This document shows, piece by piece, positions 7,348 through 18,651 of a DNA stretch of 64,000 bases. A program made the translations under genes and the position numbers. Under the pieces are notes generated by a model. That model had not been told where the DNA came from and did not search any database. It worked only from the letters and a program-made list of their open reading frames with translations. Source of the DNA: Dehalococcoidales bacterium. GTDB lineage: Bacteria; Chloroflexota; Dehalococcoidia; Dehalococcoidales; Fen-1064. The stretch spans positions 9,071 to 73,070 of the forward strand of contig DASWLM010000021.1 in NCBI GenBank assembly GCA_036396095.1, in the 5' to 3' direction. The first letter of the stretch is position 1. Each line of letters begins with the position of its first letter.

Positions 7348-8622
7348 CTACTTAGCCGGATTCATTACGCGCCCGATAAACAGGATAGCGCCGGTCTTAA
7401 TGTCACGGATGAGGAAAACAAAGGGCTGGTCGAGAGTGACAACGACCGGTTCCGCCGGCATGGAAGTTGTCCCCACGATAACAGCAGTGGCGGCGGCGGC
7501 TTCAGTGCCCTCTTCATCTACGGAAACAAATGCCTTATGTATAACATCGTCAATGTGCAAATCGCTCTCGGTGGACATGCCCGTAAAATCAGCGTTAATC
7601 TCAAAGGGCTCTACCATCCCCATGCTCCGCAAAGTCTCTTTAAGCCCGAACTGCGATTCGAATTCAAATTTAGGCATGGTGAGTGCAACCCTTGTGTACC
7701 TTAAGTTATCAAGAATCGCTTTGACCGTTGGCAATGTTAATGTATTTTCGAAATCGCTGAAATTACCGGTCGTATTTGTCAGGATGACCATCGAAAGCTC
7801 ATTGCCATCGTAGGGTAATTCCACTGCCAGGGTATTCCCCGATTTCGCATAACCGAAGTTCTCAGTCGCTCTCATCAATGGCACGGACACATCTGTACCT
7901 TCTACCAGGTGGAAAGGACCGTTAGCAGTCGCCGATTTTGTGAAAGGGGACTGCCATGCCGCATTGAAGTAGATGGCGTTGGTCAGCACCAGCCGAGTTA
8001 GCGGTGTGATACTGCCTTCGGGAATCAAATCCTTGATGCGCCCTTCTGTCTGGTCGCTCACCCATTTGTTGATTGTCTCTCTGGAAGCATTCGGGTCCTT
8101 AATGAAATCGAGCACCCGCAAGCCAGCCCCGTAGTTTTCGGCAAGCAAGTCAAGAAAGGTTGATAGGAACTTGTAGTCCTTCTGTCCCCAGATGGCGTTG
8201 ACGATATTGAGCCGGAATCCCTTATCATCTTTGCCTTTGGCGCCTTCCCCGCGCTTGCTTAGTTCTAATGCCAGGCTGTTAAACGCCGGATGCAAAGCAT
8301 TTTGCGCTAGCCGGTAATGAAGGGTATCCGCCATCTGCTTTGCAGTTTCGCCGCGGGCGCCGGCATAAGTCATCGCCAGAGCCAGTGAGATGCTGTGTGG
8401 TGAATAGAACAGGTTGCCATCCTCTTTCTTTAGCACCTGATAAAGGTCGAAGGCGAATTCGCTGTTGCCGTTGACCAGCGTGGTCGCATCGGAAGTATTG
8501 ACCACCGGTGAGGTGATGCGGGCTTTATCAGATTTCACCTCTCCCGCCGATGCAGGTTGAGAACAGCCGCTCAGCCCGACTATCATGATAGCCGTGAGCA
8601 GTAAGAACAATAGCTTTTTCAT
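7348..8622 (-). CDS. Serpin-family protease inhibitor, predicted lipoprotein
   Basis: Reactive-centre-loop hinge EEGTEAAAATAV. Serpin-like core (NAIYFNAAW, FHLVEG..VPLM). Signal peptide with lipobox LSGC. I prefer the ATG at 8622, which has GGAGG upstream. Confidence 0.85.
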   Translation of the reverse strand: MKKLLFLLLTAIMIVGLSGCSQPASAGEVKSDKARITSPVVNTSDATTLVNGNSEFAFDLYQVLKKEDGNLFYSPHSISLALAMTYAGARGETAKQMADTLHYRLAQNALHPAFNSLALELSKRGEGAKGKDDKGFRLNIVNAIWGQKDYKFLSTFLDLLAENYGAGLRVLDFIKDPNASRETINKWVSDQTEGRIKDLIPEGSITPLTRLVLTNAIYFNAAWQSPFTKSATANGPFHLVEGTDVSVPLMRATENFGYAKSGNTLAVELPYDGNELSMVILTNTTGNFSDFENTLTLPTVKAILDNLRYTRVALTMPKFEFESQFGLKETLRSMGMVEPFEINADFTGMSTESDLHIDDVIHKAFVSVDEEGTEAAAATAVIVGTTSMPAEPVVVTLDQPFVFLIRDIKTGAILFIGRVMNPAK

Positions 8623-8731
8623 TTTGCCTCCTCTTTGGATAAGCATGTCTGCGTATAATATAACGGTGAAATCTGTAAAAGAGTTAGGTTATCGTTTGAG
8701 CGCCTTATGTACAAACCCAGCGCCTCTAATA

Positions 8732-9508
8732 CTATTTACCCTCGAAATGTGGCTCCCTTTTCTCAATAAAAGCCTTGATAGCTTCCTGCTTATCCTGACT
8801 CTCTTCCTGAGGCAAAATGAAATCCACATACTCTCTTTCCGTTTTCCGGCTGGCTCGCTCGGTGCCCGTATAGTATCCGTATTTCACCGATTTAATATAG
8901 AGGGGTGGAACTCCTTTTAGCATCTCTGCCCACCTGACAGCTTCGTCCATAAGCTCCGAATCAGGCACGACCCTGTTGACCAGGCCTACTTCATAAGCCC
9001 GCTGGGCGCTCATCATCCGGCCGCCTTTCCAGGAAAGTAACATGAACTCCAGAGCTATTTTGAATGGCATGTAGGGGACATATTGCGGCGGCACCTGAGA
9101 AACGCCAGCCTTGCCTTCCGGATACCCAAAAGTGGCGTTGTCAGACGCAATGGTAATATCACAACCCCAGACACCAATCAAATATCCCTGTCCGAGAGCA
9201 TACCCCCGGATAGCCCCGATAACCGGTTTAAAGAGCGATATGCCGTTCAAGGGGTAGGCTTCGTGATATTGCCACGGCTTCCCTGTTTTCCTGTCCTCAT
9301 CCGTAAGGTCGACGCCAACCGAGAAAGATTTCCCATTGCCGCTCAAAATTGCCACCAGAGCTTTCGGGTCGTTCTCAAAACGTTTCCAGGCATCACGCAA
9401 TGCGTAACTCATCTCCAGGTTGAAGGCATTTGATTTTTTCGGGCGATTTAATGTAATGTAGGCAATTTGTTTCTTAACTTCATAAAGAACCGTAGATTCA
9501 GTCATCAT
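8732..9508 (-). CDS. Enoyl-CoA hydratase/isomerase (crotonase) family protein
   Basis: 258 aa with crotonase-fold motifs (ITLNRPKKSNAF, GNGKSFSVGVDL, GYALGQG). Confidence 0.85.
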   Translation of the reverse strand: MMTESTVLYEVKKQIAYITLNRPKKSNAFNLEMSYALRDAWKRFENDPKALVAILSGNGKSFSVGVDLTDEDRKTGKPWQYHEAYPLNGISLFKPVIGAIRGYALGQGYLIGVWGCDITIASDNATFGYPEGKAGVSQVPPQYVPYMPFKIALEFMLLSWKGGRMMSAQRAYEVGLVNRVVPDSELMDEAVRWAEMLKGVPPLYIKSVKYGYYTGTERASRKTEREYVDFILPQEESQDKQEAIKAFIEKREPHFEGK

Positions 9509-9701
9509 TACCCCCCTTACTGATAATTTCCTGCTAGCGATGACTATGTTACTACTAACTCAGGTTATGCACAAGAAGACATCTTAATAAGATATTAATA
9601 TTCATTTGTTATCATCATCTTAACGATAGAGTGAAGGGAGGTGGGAACTAATTAAAAATGTCTCAGAGCATGGCATTACGAAAGAAAGGAGGTGAGAGGA
9701 A

Positions 9702-10124
9702 ATGTGGTTACGTAAAAAAGTCATCCTTATTCCGCTTGTGGTTGCGCTGGTGCTGGTCGGGAGCATAGTCGGAGTAGCTTTTGCTCAGGGGGAAAACGAT
9801 AACCCAGAGAATACCTTGATGGCGAGAGTCGCCGCCATTCTGGGTATTGACCAGACAAAACTGGAAGATGCCTTTGCGCAAGCCCAGAAAGAAATGCATG
9901 ACGAAGCACTGAACAATTATCTGGCAGAAATGGTGGAACAGGGTAAGATCACTCAGGAAGAGGCTGACCAGTACAAGACATGGTGGAATGCCAGACCGGA
10001 CGCCCTCGATAAACTCGGACCCGAATTTGGTTTTGGTGGACGCGGAGGAGGTTTCCATCCTGGCTGTGGTGGCACATGGATGGCACCACCCCAATCCACT
10101 CAATCCACTGAATCCACCCAGTAA
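9702..10124 (+). CDS. Small secreted protein, DUF2680-like
   Basis: N-terminal TM/signal segment, helical repeats (GKITQEEADQYKTWW), Gly-rich tail. Lies upstream of the two-component system. Confidence 0.45.
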   Translation: MWLRKKVILIPLVVALVLVGSIVGVAFAQGENDNPENTLMARVAAILGIDQTKLEDAFAQAQKEMHDEALNNYLAEMVEQGKITQEEADQYKTWWNARPDALDKLGPEFGFGGRGGGFHPGCGGTWMAPPQSTQSTESTQ

Positions 10125-10260
10125 CCGGCAGCCGGGTATCAAGTACTCCGAAGAGAGGGGGTAGTTTTCCTGCTCCCTCTCATTTTTGCTAATATAAATT
10201 AACTATTTCTTAACAATTACGTTCTAGTATTAAGGTACAAAGATATTAAGAGGCACGGTT

Positions 10261-10959
10261 ATGACATCCAGAAGAATCCTAGTGGTTGATGATGATGTAA
10301 AAACAGTCGAACTGGTCAAGCTCTATCTGAATCGTGATGGCTACAAGGTGCTTGCCGCTTACGATGGCATAGAGGCATTGAACCTTGCCCGGCAGAGTCA
10401 CCCCGACCTGATTGTACTTGACCTCATGTTGCCGGGATGCGATGGACTAGAAATCTGCCGCACGTTAAAAAATGAATCGGATGTTCCCATAATAATGCTT
10501 ACTGCCAGAACCACCGAAGACGACAAACTTAAAGGGCTGAACCTCGGTGCGGATGACTATGTGACCAAGCCATTCAGTCCCAGAGAACTTGCCGCCAGAG
10601 TGCGTGCCATCCTGCGGCGTCTGCCCGATGAGACACTCCAGCGTGGTCCAGCCGAAATCAAAAGAGGTGAACTTGTCCTCAATTTCCTCAATCGCGAAGC
10701 CTTTTTAGCGGGCAGAGCTTTACAACTTACCCCTAGCGAGTTCAAATTGCTGGGGGTGCTCGCACGGGAACCCGGACGGGTGTTTAGTCGGCAACAGCTC
10801 ATCGAGATGGTTTTTGGCTATGATTTCGATGGCTTCGACCGCACGATAGATGTCCACATCCTCAACCTGCGGAGGAAGGTGGAGCCGGACCCGGACCGTC
10901 CCAGATATATAAAAACAATCTACGGAGCCGGTTACAAATTTGCCGGGAGAGCCGAATGA
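10261..10959 (+). CDS. OmpR-family response regulator
   Basis: Receiver domain (DDD...[11 protein letters not shown]...K) plus a winged-helix C-terminus ([21 protein letters not shown]). Confidence 0.9.
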   Translation: MTSRRILVVDDDVKTVELVKLYLNRDGYKVLAAYDGIEALNLARQSHPDLIVLDLMLPGCDGLEICRTLKNESDVPIIMLTARTTEDDKLKGLNLGADDYVTKPFSPRELAARVRAILRRLPDETLQRGPAEIKRGELVLNFLNREAFLAGRALQLTPSEFKLLGVLAREPGRVFSRQQLIEMVFGYDFDGFDRTIDVHILNLRRKVEPDPDRPRYIKTIYGAGYKFAGRAE

Positions 10960-12344
10960 TACATAGTCTGCAGTTTCGTCTCTTGCTCGCATTTGTCCTG
11001 GTGATACTTGTAGCTATCGGCACGGTATCAATTTTTGTGCTTCAAAACACCGGTAATGAGCTTGAACAGTTCGACATTCGCACAGAGCAGAACCAAGCCG
11101 ATAGAACCGGATTTCTGTTATCCCAGTACTACTATATTAACAACCTTAGCTGGGATGGTGTTCAAACAATTGTTGAGCAGATGGGCACTGCTGAAGGACA
11201 ACATATTGTCGTTACCGATGCCACCGGGACAATCGTGGCTAATTCTCAAGGGAACTCACTGGGGAAGCAATACCATACCACTGCGCCTGGAATAAAACTA
11301 TTTTTACCATCGCCTCCATCACGGGGAGGGAGACCGACATCGTCATCACAGGAAACGGTGATAGGAATGCTCTACATCAACCCAGAGAATGCCCGTCCCG
11401 CCTTAACCAAGAATCTGGCAGACACAATAAACCAGTTCCTTTTGTGGGGTGGCTTGCTGGCGATTGCCATTGCCCTGGTACTAACCCTGGTTTTATCACG
11501 GCGAATCTCCTCCCCGGTTCGCGCGCTTACTACGACCGCTAGAAAGCTGGGGCAGGGCGATTTTTCACAAAGAGTCCCTTCCAAAGGGAAAGGTGAGATG
11601 GCGGAACTAGCACAAGCTTTTAACTCAATGGCTGATGACATTGAGAGAAACGAGAAACTACGGCAGAATCTGGTGGCGGATACGGCTCATGAATTGAGAA
11701 CTCCCCTTTCTAACCTGCGGGGTTATCTGGAAGCGATAAAAGATGATGTGGTAAAACCAGATGCCACCACTATTAACTCACTATATGAAGAAGCGACACT
11801 CCTGACACGGCTAGTCGACGACCTTCAAGAACTCGCTCTTGCGGATGCAAGCGAATTGAAATTGGTTATACAAGCAGAGGACATCTCTGGAGTGATAAAA
11901 CAGGCAGTGGTATCCTCACAATCTCAAGCAAGCGACAAAGGGATAACTCTGCTTACGGACCTGCCGGACAAACTTCCGCTGTGCAATATCGATTCACAAC
12001 GAATTGCGCAAGTCCTGCACAATCTCATAAACAACGCTGCAACCCACACTCCTCGAGAAGGTAGCATCACTATCTCAGCCAGGGAATCAGACAAATACGT
12101 AGAGGTGATTGTAGCTGATACGGGAGAAGGCATTCCGGTAGAGGAACTTCCCAATATCTTTGAGCGTTTTTACCGCGTAGACAGGTCCCGCTCTCGTAGA
12201 ACTGGCGGCAGTGGCTTGGGCCTTACCATTGCCAAGCGCCTTGTGGAAGCTCATGGCGGCAAGATAAGCGTCCAGAGCGAACCGGGCAAAGGCAGCCGTT
12301 TTACCTTCACTGTCCCAGTATCCGCAGATTTAATTAATTCTTAA
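10956..12344 (+). CDS. Sensor histidine kinase (TM-HAMP-HisKA-HATPase)
   Basis: H-box [12 protein letters not shown]-box HNLINNA, G-boxes DTGEGI and GGSGLGL. ATGA overlap with the regulator gene. Confidence 0.9.
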   Translation: MIHSLQFRLLLAFVLVILVAIGTVSIFVLQNTGNELEQFDIRTEQNQADRTGFLLSQYYYINNLSWDGVQTIVEQMGTAEGQHIVVTDATGTIVANSQGNSLGKQYHTTAPGIKLFLPSPPSRGGRPTSSSQETVIGMLYINPENARPALTKNLADTINQFLLWGGLLAIAIALVLTLVLSRRISSPVRALTTTARKLGQGDFSQRVPSKGKGEMAELAQAFNSMADDIERNEKLRQNLVADTAHELRTPLSNLRGYLEAIKDDVVKPDATTINSLYEEATLLTRLVDDLQELALADASELKLVIQAEDISGVIKQAVVSSQSQASDKGITLLTDLPDKLPLCNIDSQRIAQVLHNLINNAATHTPREGSITISARESDKYVEVIVADTGEGIPVEELPNIFERFYRVDRSRSRRTGGSGLGLTIAKRLVEAHGGKISVQSEPGKGSRFTFTVPVSADLINS

Positions 12345-12386
12345 CAATTGCCTGCCATACTTTTTATTGGCTATGGAGGTGCATAC

Positions 12387-13889
12387 GTGAAAGGTCTGAA
12401 ACTGTGGCAAAAATTTCTGTTGTTTGTTGTCGTACTGGCAGTAGCGGGAGGCTCGTACGGGATCTATTATTGGGTTACCAAACCAAGCGCCTCGTCTCAA
12501 TCTATCGATGTACAGCTTGTTCAAGTGCAATACGGTAGTATCACGAATTCCGTCAGTGCCAGCGGTAGTCTGGTCTTTTCCGCCAAGGAAGAATTGAGCT
12601 TCGGAATTGCCGGGACAGTCGCCGAAATTAAAGTTGCTGAAGGCGATACTATTACAAAAGGGCAGTTACTGGCTAATTTCGATCAAGCGTCTCTTATACC
12701 ACTGCAGGAGGCGGTAGTCCAGGCTGAAATGGCTCTGAATAATGCATTGGATACTACTGAGGCTGAAGTTGCTGTCACTAAAGCCAGAATAGCGCTAGTA
12801 ACCGCCCAGAAAAATCTTGAGGATGCCGAAAATCCCTACTCTGAGTCAGACATTCTCAAGGCAGAAGTTGCCATTGCAAATGCTAAAATAGCTTTGAAAA
12901 ATGCACAAGATGCTTACGATAAGGCAAAGGAAAAATACGATGACAATCGTACCGTCCCTGAGTGTCGCTGGGACTACGAACTGAAAAAAGCGCAATTAAC
13001 CCTGGCTGAAGTTACTCTCAGTGAGGCGGAAAAAACTCTGGCTGAGATGAAAGCCGGTGCAGACCCTCTCCAGGTGGAGCTGAAAAAGAAAGAACTGGAA
13101 GTTGCGCAACAAAATTTAAATAAGGCAGAAGCCGAACTGGCGGGAATAAAAGGAGTGGTAACTTCACCGGAAGGCGAACTCAAACAGCTACAAATAGCCG
13201 CGGCTCGAGCTGCTTTAGATAAGGCTAATCAGAATCTAGCAAAGGTTACAGTTTTAGCTCCATTTGATGGAGTTGTGACCTCGGTCAATGTTACGGCAGG
13301 TCAGTCAGTGTCTGCCAGCACAGTGGTTATGGAAATAATGGACCCAACAGTTATTGAAATTAGTGCTGTTCTGGATGAAATTGATGTGCCATCCGTGAAA
13401 CTGGGGCAACGAGCAATAGTAACTTTGAGCAGTCTGTCAGACTTGGAACTTTCCGGTGAGGTATCTGCTATCTCCTCTACCAGTAAGACGCAATCCGGGG
13501 TGGTGACATATACAGTAACAATCCGCATCACACCACCCTCTGGAGTAGAAGTCAGAGAAGGTATGAGCGCCACGGCTGATATTATTGTCGAGGAAGCAAA
13601 CAATGTTCTTGTCATTCCCACCCAAGCTATCTCCGAAGTTGCGAATAATTCGGTGGTACAGGTAATGGTAAATGGCGTGATTCAGCAAAGAACGGTGACA
13701 CTCGGACTTAGCGATGGCTCTTACACTGAAATTACCGGCGGTTTGCAAGTCGGGGAACAGGTGGTCTTACCAAAAACTACCAGCACGGCAACTACAACGC
13801 AACAGAATATGCCGGGAACAATAATGTTCCCATCTGATGGTATGCCTGGCGGTGGCGGCGGTATCATCATCAGAGAAGATATAAAATGA
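12387..13889 (+). CDS. Efflux membrane-fusion (HlyD/MacA-like) periplasmic adaptor
   Basis: TM anchor, lipoyl-like and coiled-coil segments, beta-barrel C-terminus. I prefer the GTG at 12387 (GGAGG 7 nt upstream) over the listed TTG at 12348. Confidence 0.8.
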   Translation: MKGLKLWQKFLLFVVVLAVAGGSYGIYYWVTKPSASSQSIDVQLVQVQYGSITNSVSASGSLVFSAKEELSFGIAGTVAEIKVAEGDTITKGQLLANFDQASLIPLQEAVVQAEMALNNALDTTEAEVAVTKARIALVTAQKNLEDAENPYSESDILKAEVAIANAKIALKNAQDAYDKAKEKYDDNRTVPECRWDYELKKAQLTLAEVTLSEAEKTLAEMKAGADPLQVELKKKELEVAQQNLNKAEAELAGIKGVVTSPEGELKQLQIAAARAALDKANQNLAKVTVLAPFDGVVTSVNVTAGQSVSASTVVMEIMDPTVIEISAVLDEIDVPSVKLGQRAIVTLSSLSDLELSGEVSAISSTSKTQSGVVTYTVTIRITPPSGVEVREGMSATADIIVEEANNVLVIPTQAISEVANNSVVQVMVNGVIQQRTVTLGLSDGSYTEITGGLQVGEQVVLPKTTSTATTTQQNMPGTIMFPSDGMPGGGGGIIIREDIK

Positions 13890-14605
13890 TCGACCTAGCG
13901 AGTATCGTTAAAAATTATAAGATGGGTGAAATAGAGGTCCATGTTCTTCGCGGGCTGAGTTTCCACGTTGATCGGGGAGAGATGGTCGCCATTATGGGAC
14001 CATCAGGGTGCGGTAAATCCACCCTGATGAACATCGTAGGTTGTCTTGATACACCCACATCTGGAAGTTATTTTCTAGACGGTGCTGAGGTCAGCAAATT
14101 AACTGACTCCCAGCTTGCTGAATTACGAAACAAAAAGATTGGTTTTGTCTTCCAGACGTTTAACCTGCTCCCGCGCACCCCGGCGGTAACCAATGTGGAA
14201 CTTCCTTTGCTCTATGGAAATGCAATCAACCGAACTAAAAGAGCGATGGAGGCATTGGAGAAGGTGGGATTGGTGGAGCGCGCTCAGCACAAGCCGAATC
14301 AACTATCAGGCGGCGAACAGCAGAGAGTAGCGATCGCCCGCGCTATGGTCAATAATCCATCCATTATTCTGGCTGACGAACCGACCGGAAACCTGGATAG
14401 TAAGGCAAGTCTAGAGATTATTCAGATTATGAAACGATTGAATGTGGAGGAGGGGATTACTATCATTCTGGTGACACACGAACGTGACATAGCCATTCAA
14501 GCACAACGTATTGTCTTCCTTAGGGACGGACAGGTTGTTGGTGAGGAGATAATTTCACCACAAGGGGCGAGACCACTGGCTTCTACAGGGGAGACCAAAC
14601 CGTGA
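13886..14605 (+). CDS. MacB/LolD-type ABC ATP-binding protein
   Basis: Walker [18 protein letters not shown], Walker [16 protein letters not shown] overlap with the adaptor gene. Confidence 0.9.
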   Translation: MIDLASIVKNYKMGEIEVHVLRGLSFHVDRGEMVAIMGPSGCGKSTLMNIVGCLDTPTSGSYFLDGAEVSKLTDSQLAELRNKKIGFVFQTFNLLPRTPAVTNVELPLLYGNAINRTKRAMEALEKVGLVERAQHKPNQLSGGEQQRVAIARAMVNNPSIILADEPTGNLDSKASLEIIQIMKRLNVEEGITIILVTHERDIAIQAQRIVFLRDGQVVGEEIISPQGARPLASTGETKP

Positions 14606-15846
14606 ACATCATCGAAACAGTGCGGACATCTTTCAGGGCAATTCTGGCAAATAAAATGCGCTCCTCACTCACCGTACTGGGTATCATTATCGGTGTTGCG
14701 GCAGTCATATCGTTGATGTCTATCGGCAGGGGATCTCAGTCGGCTATAACCGCCAATATCGAGTCGCTGGGAACGAATCTACTTTTTGTCCGTTCCGGCG
14801 CTACTACTACACAGGGAGTCAGGGGAGCGCAGGGGAGCTTAAATACATTGACATTAGATGATGCAGAGGCACTGGAGGATTCTTCTCTGGCACCGGCTGT
14901 TAAAGCAGTGGCACCGCAAGTTCAAACATTTGCCCAGATAATAGCGGGAAAGCAGAACACTTTTACACAAGTCCTGGGAGTTACTCCAGAGTATGAGTCT
15001 GTACGGAACTTCCCGGTAGCGACCGGCAGATTTATCTCAGACGCCGATGTGAAAAACAAGACGCTGATGGTAGTCCTTGGCAGTGATGTCGCGGATACGC
15101 TTTTTGGGGAAGAAAATCCGATAGGACAGTCTGTAAAAATCAGCGGACGACAATTTAAAGTGATAGGTGTGCTGGTAAGTAAAGGCAGTACAGGTATGGG
15201 CAGTGCGGACGATATGGTGGTCGCGCCTATCACCACGGTGCAAACCCGTCTATATTCCCAGCGAACTACCTCCGGCAGTGAGAGTGTCCAGACAATAAAT
15301 GTGCAGGTTGTCAGTGCCAAGGACACTGATGCAGCAATTGAGCAGATAACAGCTATCCTGCGGCAACGTCACAAAATTACCGGCGATGATGATTTCACCA
15401 TCAGCAGTCAGCAAGAGACAATCGATACCCTTAAAGCATCGACTCAGGTATGGGTTTTGTTTCTCGGGGCAATTGCTGGAATATCTCTACTCGTCGGTGG
15501 TATCGGTATCATGAATATTATGCTAGTTTCGGTCACGGAGCGCACTCGGGAAATCGGTATCCGCAAAGCAGTCGGGGCGAAACGACGGGACATTCTCCTC
15601 CAATTTCTGGTGGAAGCCGCTCTTTTGAGCCTTGTTGGCGGTGGCATCGGGGTACTCATCGGATGGGGAGTATCTCGGCTTGTCTCAGGAATAAGCCTTG
15701 GGGGAACAGCAATAACTACCGTGATGTCGGCAGACATTCTCATTCTCGCAGTCTCGGTGTCGGCGGCAATCGGTATTGTTTTCGGGATGTATCCGGCGTA
15801 CCGGGCAGCGCGTTTGAATCCCATTGAAGCATTACGTTACGAATAA
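14602..15846 (+). CDS. MacB-type ABC permease (MacB periplasmic domain + FtsX)
   Basis: 414 aa with one N-terminal TM, a large periplasmic domain and three C-terminal TMs containing [16 protein letters not shown] overlap with the ATPase gene. Confidence 0.9.
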   Translation: MNIIETVRTSFRAILANKMRSSLTVLGIIIGVAAVISLMSIGRGSQSAITANIESLGTNLLFVRSGATTTQGVRGAQGSLNTLTLDDAEALEDSSLAPAVKAVAPQVQTFAQIIAGKQNTFTQVLGVTPEYESVRNFPVATGRFISDADVKNKTLMVVLGSDVADTLFGEENPIGQSVKISGRQFKVIGVLVSKGSTGMGSADDMVVAPITTVQTRLYSQRTTSGSESVQTINVQVVSAKDTDAAIEQITAILRQRHKITGDDDFTISSQQETIDTLKASTQVWVLFLGAIAGISLLVGGIGIMNIMLVSVTERTREIGIRKAVGAKRRDILLQFLVEAALLSLVGGGIGVLIGWGVSRLVSGISLGGTAITTVMSADILILAVSVSAAIGIVFGMYPAYRAARLNPIEALRYE

Positions 15847-15858
15847 GGAGATAAACTG

Positions 15859-16323
15859 ATGAAACGTTTTATTATGCTATTGGTGGCGGCAGTATTGCTG
15901 GGAGGTGTGATTGGGGGCACACTCATCGGAGGGATAGCTATCGGTAAGAGTCAAGGAAGGGAAGAAATAACCCAAGAAATGCAAGACCGGACGAGCCAGT
16001 TTACATCACGTTTCGGGCAGGATGGAACAACCGAACAACCAACAGGTATGACACCACCCGCTGGAGCAGGCATGTTTGTTGGGCGCGGAGGCACCATTGG
16101 AACGGTGGGAAAAATAGAAGGTGGCATTATCACCCTCACTACCCCGACTGGCTCTGTGAGCGTCATCACCAGCAGTAGTACCACAGTGCAAAAGATGGAT
16201 AGTGGGAGCATCACCGACATTAAAATCGGGGATAGCATTTCCGTCTCCGGAGAAAGTCAGGACGACGGCTCTATCCAGGCGACCAGTATTTTCATAAATC
16301 TAAACACGGGCACATCAAAGTAG
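15859..16323 (+). CDS. Small secreted DUF5666-like protein
   Basis: Signal/TM segment, then GTVGKIEGGIITLTTPTGSVSVITSSSTTVQK...IKIGDSISVSG, a pattern typical of DUF5666. Confidence 0.5.
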   Translation: MKRFIMLLVAAVLLGGVIGGTLIGGIAIGKSQGREEITQEMQDRTSQFTSRFGQDGTTEQPTGMTPPAGAGMFVGRGGTIGTVGKIEGGIITLTTPTGSVSVITSSSTTVQKMDSGSITDIKIGDSISVSGESQDDGSIQATSIFINLNTGTSK

Positions 16324-16538
16324 CCAAAGCAAGAACAAATACGGTTCTCCCTTCTTTTTTACTTGCCGTGATGTAATGTCTATACAATGATCTGGTTGAT
16401 TGTTGGTCTAGATGGTAACAATTGTCATTCCAACCGCCGACCATATAGTCATACTCAAAATATTCATCTTACCCACCTTGCACCCCTGATAAAACGACTT
16501 CCCATCACATGCAAGTAGCATCCAGCTTACCATCCTTC

Positions 16539-16567
16539 TTGACGGACAACTATGCCTTTGCTATAGT
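16539..16567 (+). promoter_or_regulatory. Putative promoter of the GuaB3-like gene
   Basis: TTGACG-17 nt-TATAGT, about 45 nt upstream of the ATG at 16614. Confidence 0.5.
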
Positions 16568-16613
16568 TATAGTTTAATACCCAGTTGATGGGGGTTTTAA
16601 AGAGAAGATAATT

Positions 16614-17765
16614 ATGACCGCACCAAAGTTTAAACAGTTGAGACCATCTTATGGATTTGATGAAGTTGCCATTGTTCCTGGTGATGTGACAATTAATCCG
16701 GAACAGGTCAATATGGAGCTGAAGATTGGCGCTGTCACTTTGGACATACCTATCCTTGCCTCCGCTATGGATGCTGTGACCGATGTCAAATTTGCCGCTC
16801 TGCTGAGTAAGTTCGGTGGACTGGCGGTACTCCATCTGGAAGGGGTACAAACCCGTTATAAGAATCCTGATGAAGTGCTGACGGAAATTGCGCAGACGCC
16901 AAATGATAAAGTAACTGCCCTCCTCCAGAAAGTCTACTCAGCACCGATTAAGGAAAATCTCATCGGAGACAGAATTCGGGCAATCAAAAAGGCAGGAGGA
17001 ATTTGTGCCGCCGCGGTTATGCCGGCGAATACCAAGAGATTTGCACCGCTCGTAGTTGAAGCCGGGGGGGATGTCCTTGTTGTGCAATCAACGGTTACCA
17101 CTGCCCATCATATTTCCAAGAGTTATCGCGGGCTTATCTTTTCCGAACTTTGCCAGTCAATCAATATCCCTGTTATCGTTGGTAACTGTGTAAGCTATAA
17201 CGCCTGTTTTGAATTAATGCAGACCGGCATCTCCGGGATTCTGGTAGGTGTTGGACCCGGTGCCGCCTGCACCTCACGCGAAGTACTCGGTGTGGGTGTA
17301 CCCCAAATCACAGCTACCATTGATTGCGCCGCCGCACGCGACACCTATTTCAAGGAATCGGGACGTTATGTGCCAATCATCACCGATGGCGGTTTCAAGA
17401 AGGGCGGTGATGTTTGTAAAGCAATTGTCGCCGGCGCAGATGGTGTCATGCTCGGTTCGGTATTCGCCCAGGCAAAGGAAGCCCCGGGGCATGGCTATCA
17501 CTGGGGGATGGCGACTCCGAATCCGGTATTACCCCGTGGCACCCGTATCAAGGTCGGTACGACTGCATCACTGGAGCAGATTCTCTTTGGTCCCACCTCT
17601 TTAACGGATGGCACACAGAACTTCGTCGGGGCGCTGAAAACCGCTATGGGCTTCTGCGGCGCGTCGACAATTCGAGAAATGCACAAAGCAGAAATGGTGA
17701 TTGCGCCATCTATTACGACTGAAGGCAAGTCCTGGCAGTTGATGGGACCGAGCGCCCGGGCTTAG
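16614..17765 (+). CDS. IMP dehydrogenase-family protein, GuaB3-like (no CBS insert)
   Basis: 383 aa. N-terminal YGFDEVAIVPG, TIM-barrel glycine-rich phosphate-binding segments (GVGPGAACTSR, ITDGGF). Confidence 0.8.
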   Translation: MTAPKFKQLRPSYGFDEVAIVPGDVTINPEQVNMELKIGAVTLDIPILASAMDAVTDVKFAALLSKFGGLAVLHLEGVQTRYKNPDEVLTEIAQTPNDKVTALLQKVYSAPIKENLIGDRIRAIKKAGGICAAAVMPANTKRFAPLVVEAGGDVLVVQSTVTTAHHISKSYRGLIFSELCQSINIPVIVGNCVSYNACFELMQTGISGILVGVGPGAACTSREVLGVGVPQITATIDCAAARDTYFKESGRYVPIITDGGFKKGGDVCKAIVAGADGVMLGSVFAQAKEAPGHGYHWGMATPNPVLPRGTRIKVGTTASLEQILFGPTSLTDGTQNFVGALKTAMGFCGASTIREMHKAEMVIAPSITTEGKSWQLMGPSARA

Positions 17766-18511
17766 TCGTCATCATCATCGTCCTCGTCGGGCTCCTCTGG
17801 TTTCTTAGTTTCCGCAGATACTTGTGGCAGAACAGCCATCAGTCTCTCCCGTTTTCTCGGAGATGGATATTGAAGACCGTTAATTAACTTTCTGAGCGCG
17901 TCCAGTGCGGTAACATCCGTATCTCCCTTTATATCCACCACGACCCCACTCACACCCATTTCCCAAAGGAGTTGGAGTTCCTCAGCATTGACGGTGGGTG
18001 GAATGGAAACCAACACAGGCTTCATAAGCATACCGGAAAAGCGGCGTGAAAGCATCAACTTTTGCCACGTGATGGCGCTGCTGTCTTCACTATCTTGCGT
18101 GACCATTACAGCATCTAAAGGCAGATCATTTACTGTACGGAGCATGACATCTGTCACCGACGAGTCAATCTGAAGTATTTTACCGATTTTTTTATCCGAA
18201 GGTACAACAGCGCCTTTGAATTGGAGGATGATAAAATCAGCGCCGGCTTCAATGGCTTTATCAACCTCCCCTAGTGTCCCCTTTTTCTGCTGTAGGCCAC
18301 ATAAGACTTCAGCTGTGATAGATTTAGTGTCTGGAACTACTACGGCGTCCGCGGCGGTAAGCTTGTCGGCTGGAGTATGAGGAAAATCATGCAGTGACGC
18401 CACGAGTTGTATTTTGGGTCGGGCGGATTCCGCACTTTTGGGTCGGAAACCCATCTGGGGCGGGAGTGGTTGGGATACTTTCTTAAGCCTGTCAATGAAT
18501 TTACTCATCAA
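17762..18511 (-). CDS. Hypothetical protein with poly-acidic C-terminal tail (EEPDEDDDDDD)
   Basis: 249-aa ORF whose stop overlaps the GuaB3-like stop region. I recognise no family. Confidence 0.5.
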   Translation of the reverse strand: MMSKFIDRLKKVSQPLPPQMGFRPKSAESARPKIQLVASLHDFPHTPADKLTAADAVVVPDTKSITAEVLCGLQQKKGTLGEVDKAIEAGADFIILQFKGAVVPSDKKIGKILQIDSSVTDVMLRTVNDLPLDAVMVTQDSEDSSAITWQKLMLSRRFSGMLMKPVLVSIPPTVNAEELQLLWEMGVSGVVVDIKGDTDVTALDALRKLINGLQYPSPRKRERLMAVLPQVSAETKKPEEPDEDDDDDD

Positions 18512-18651
18512 TTTTCACCTTTACAAATCGATTGCCTTTAACTGATTGTAGGCAGAATTCTAGATAGAATTCAAGAAATGAGCGTCTGGTTTGCCTGTTA
18601 CCGCCATAAATCGTAAAATCAAGTTACGACAATTCGCTGGAGGGCAAGGTA

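Noticed and set aside
10207-12349. Exact 12-mer TTCTTAACAATT upstream of the response regulator (10207-10218) and at the kinase/efflux junction (12338-12349), which could be an OmpR-type operator.
   Set aside because: In 64 kb, about a hundred identical 12-mer pairs are expected by chance (N^2/2 divided by 4^12), and more in AT-rich spacers. There is no direct-repeat architecture at either site. It is worth a footprint only if other evidence appears.
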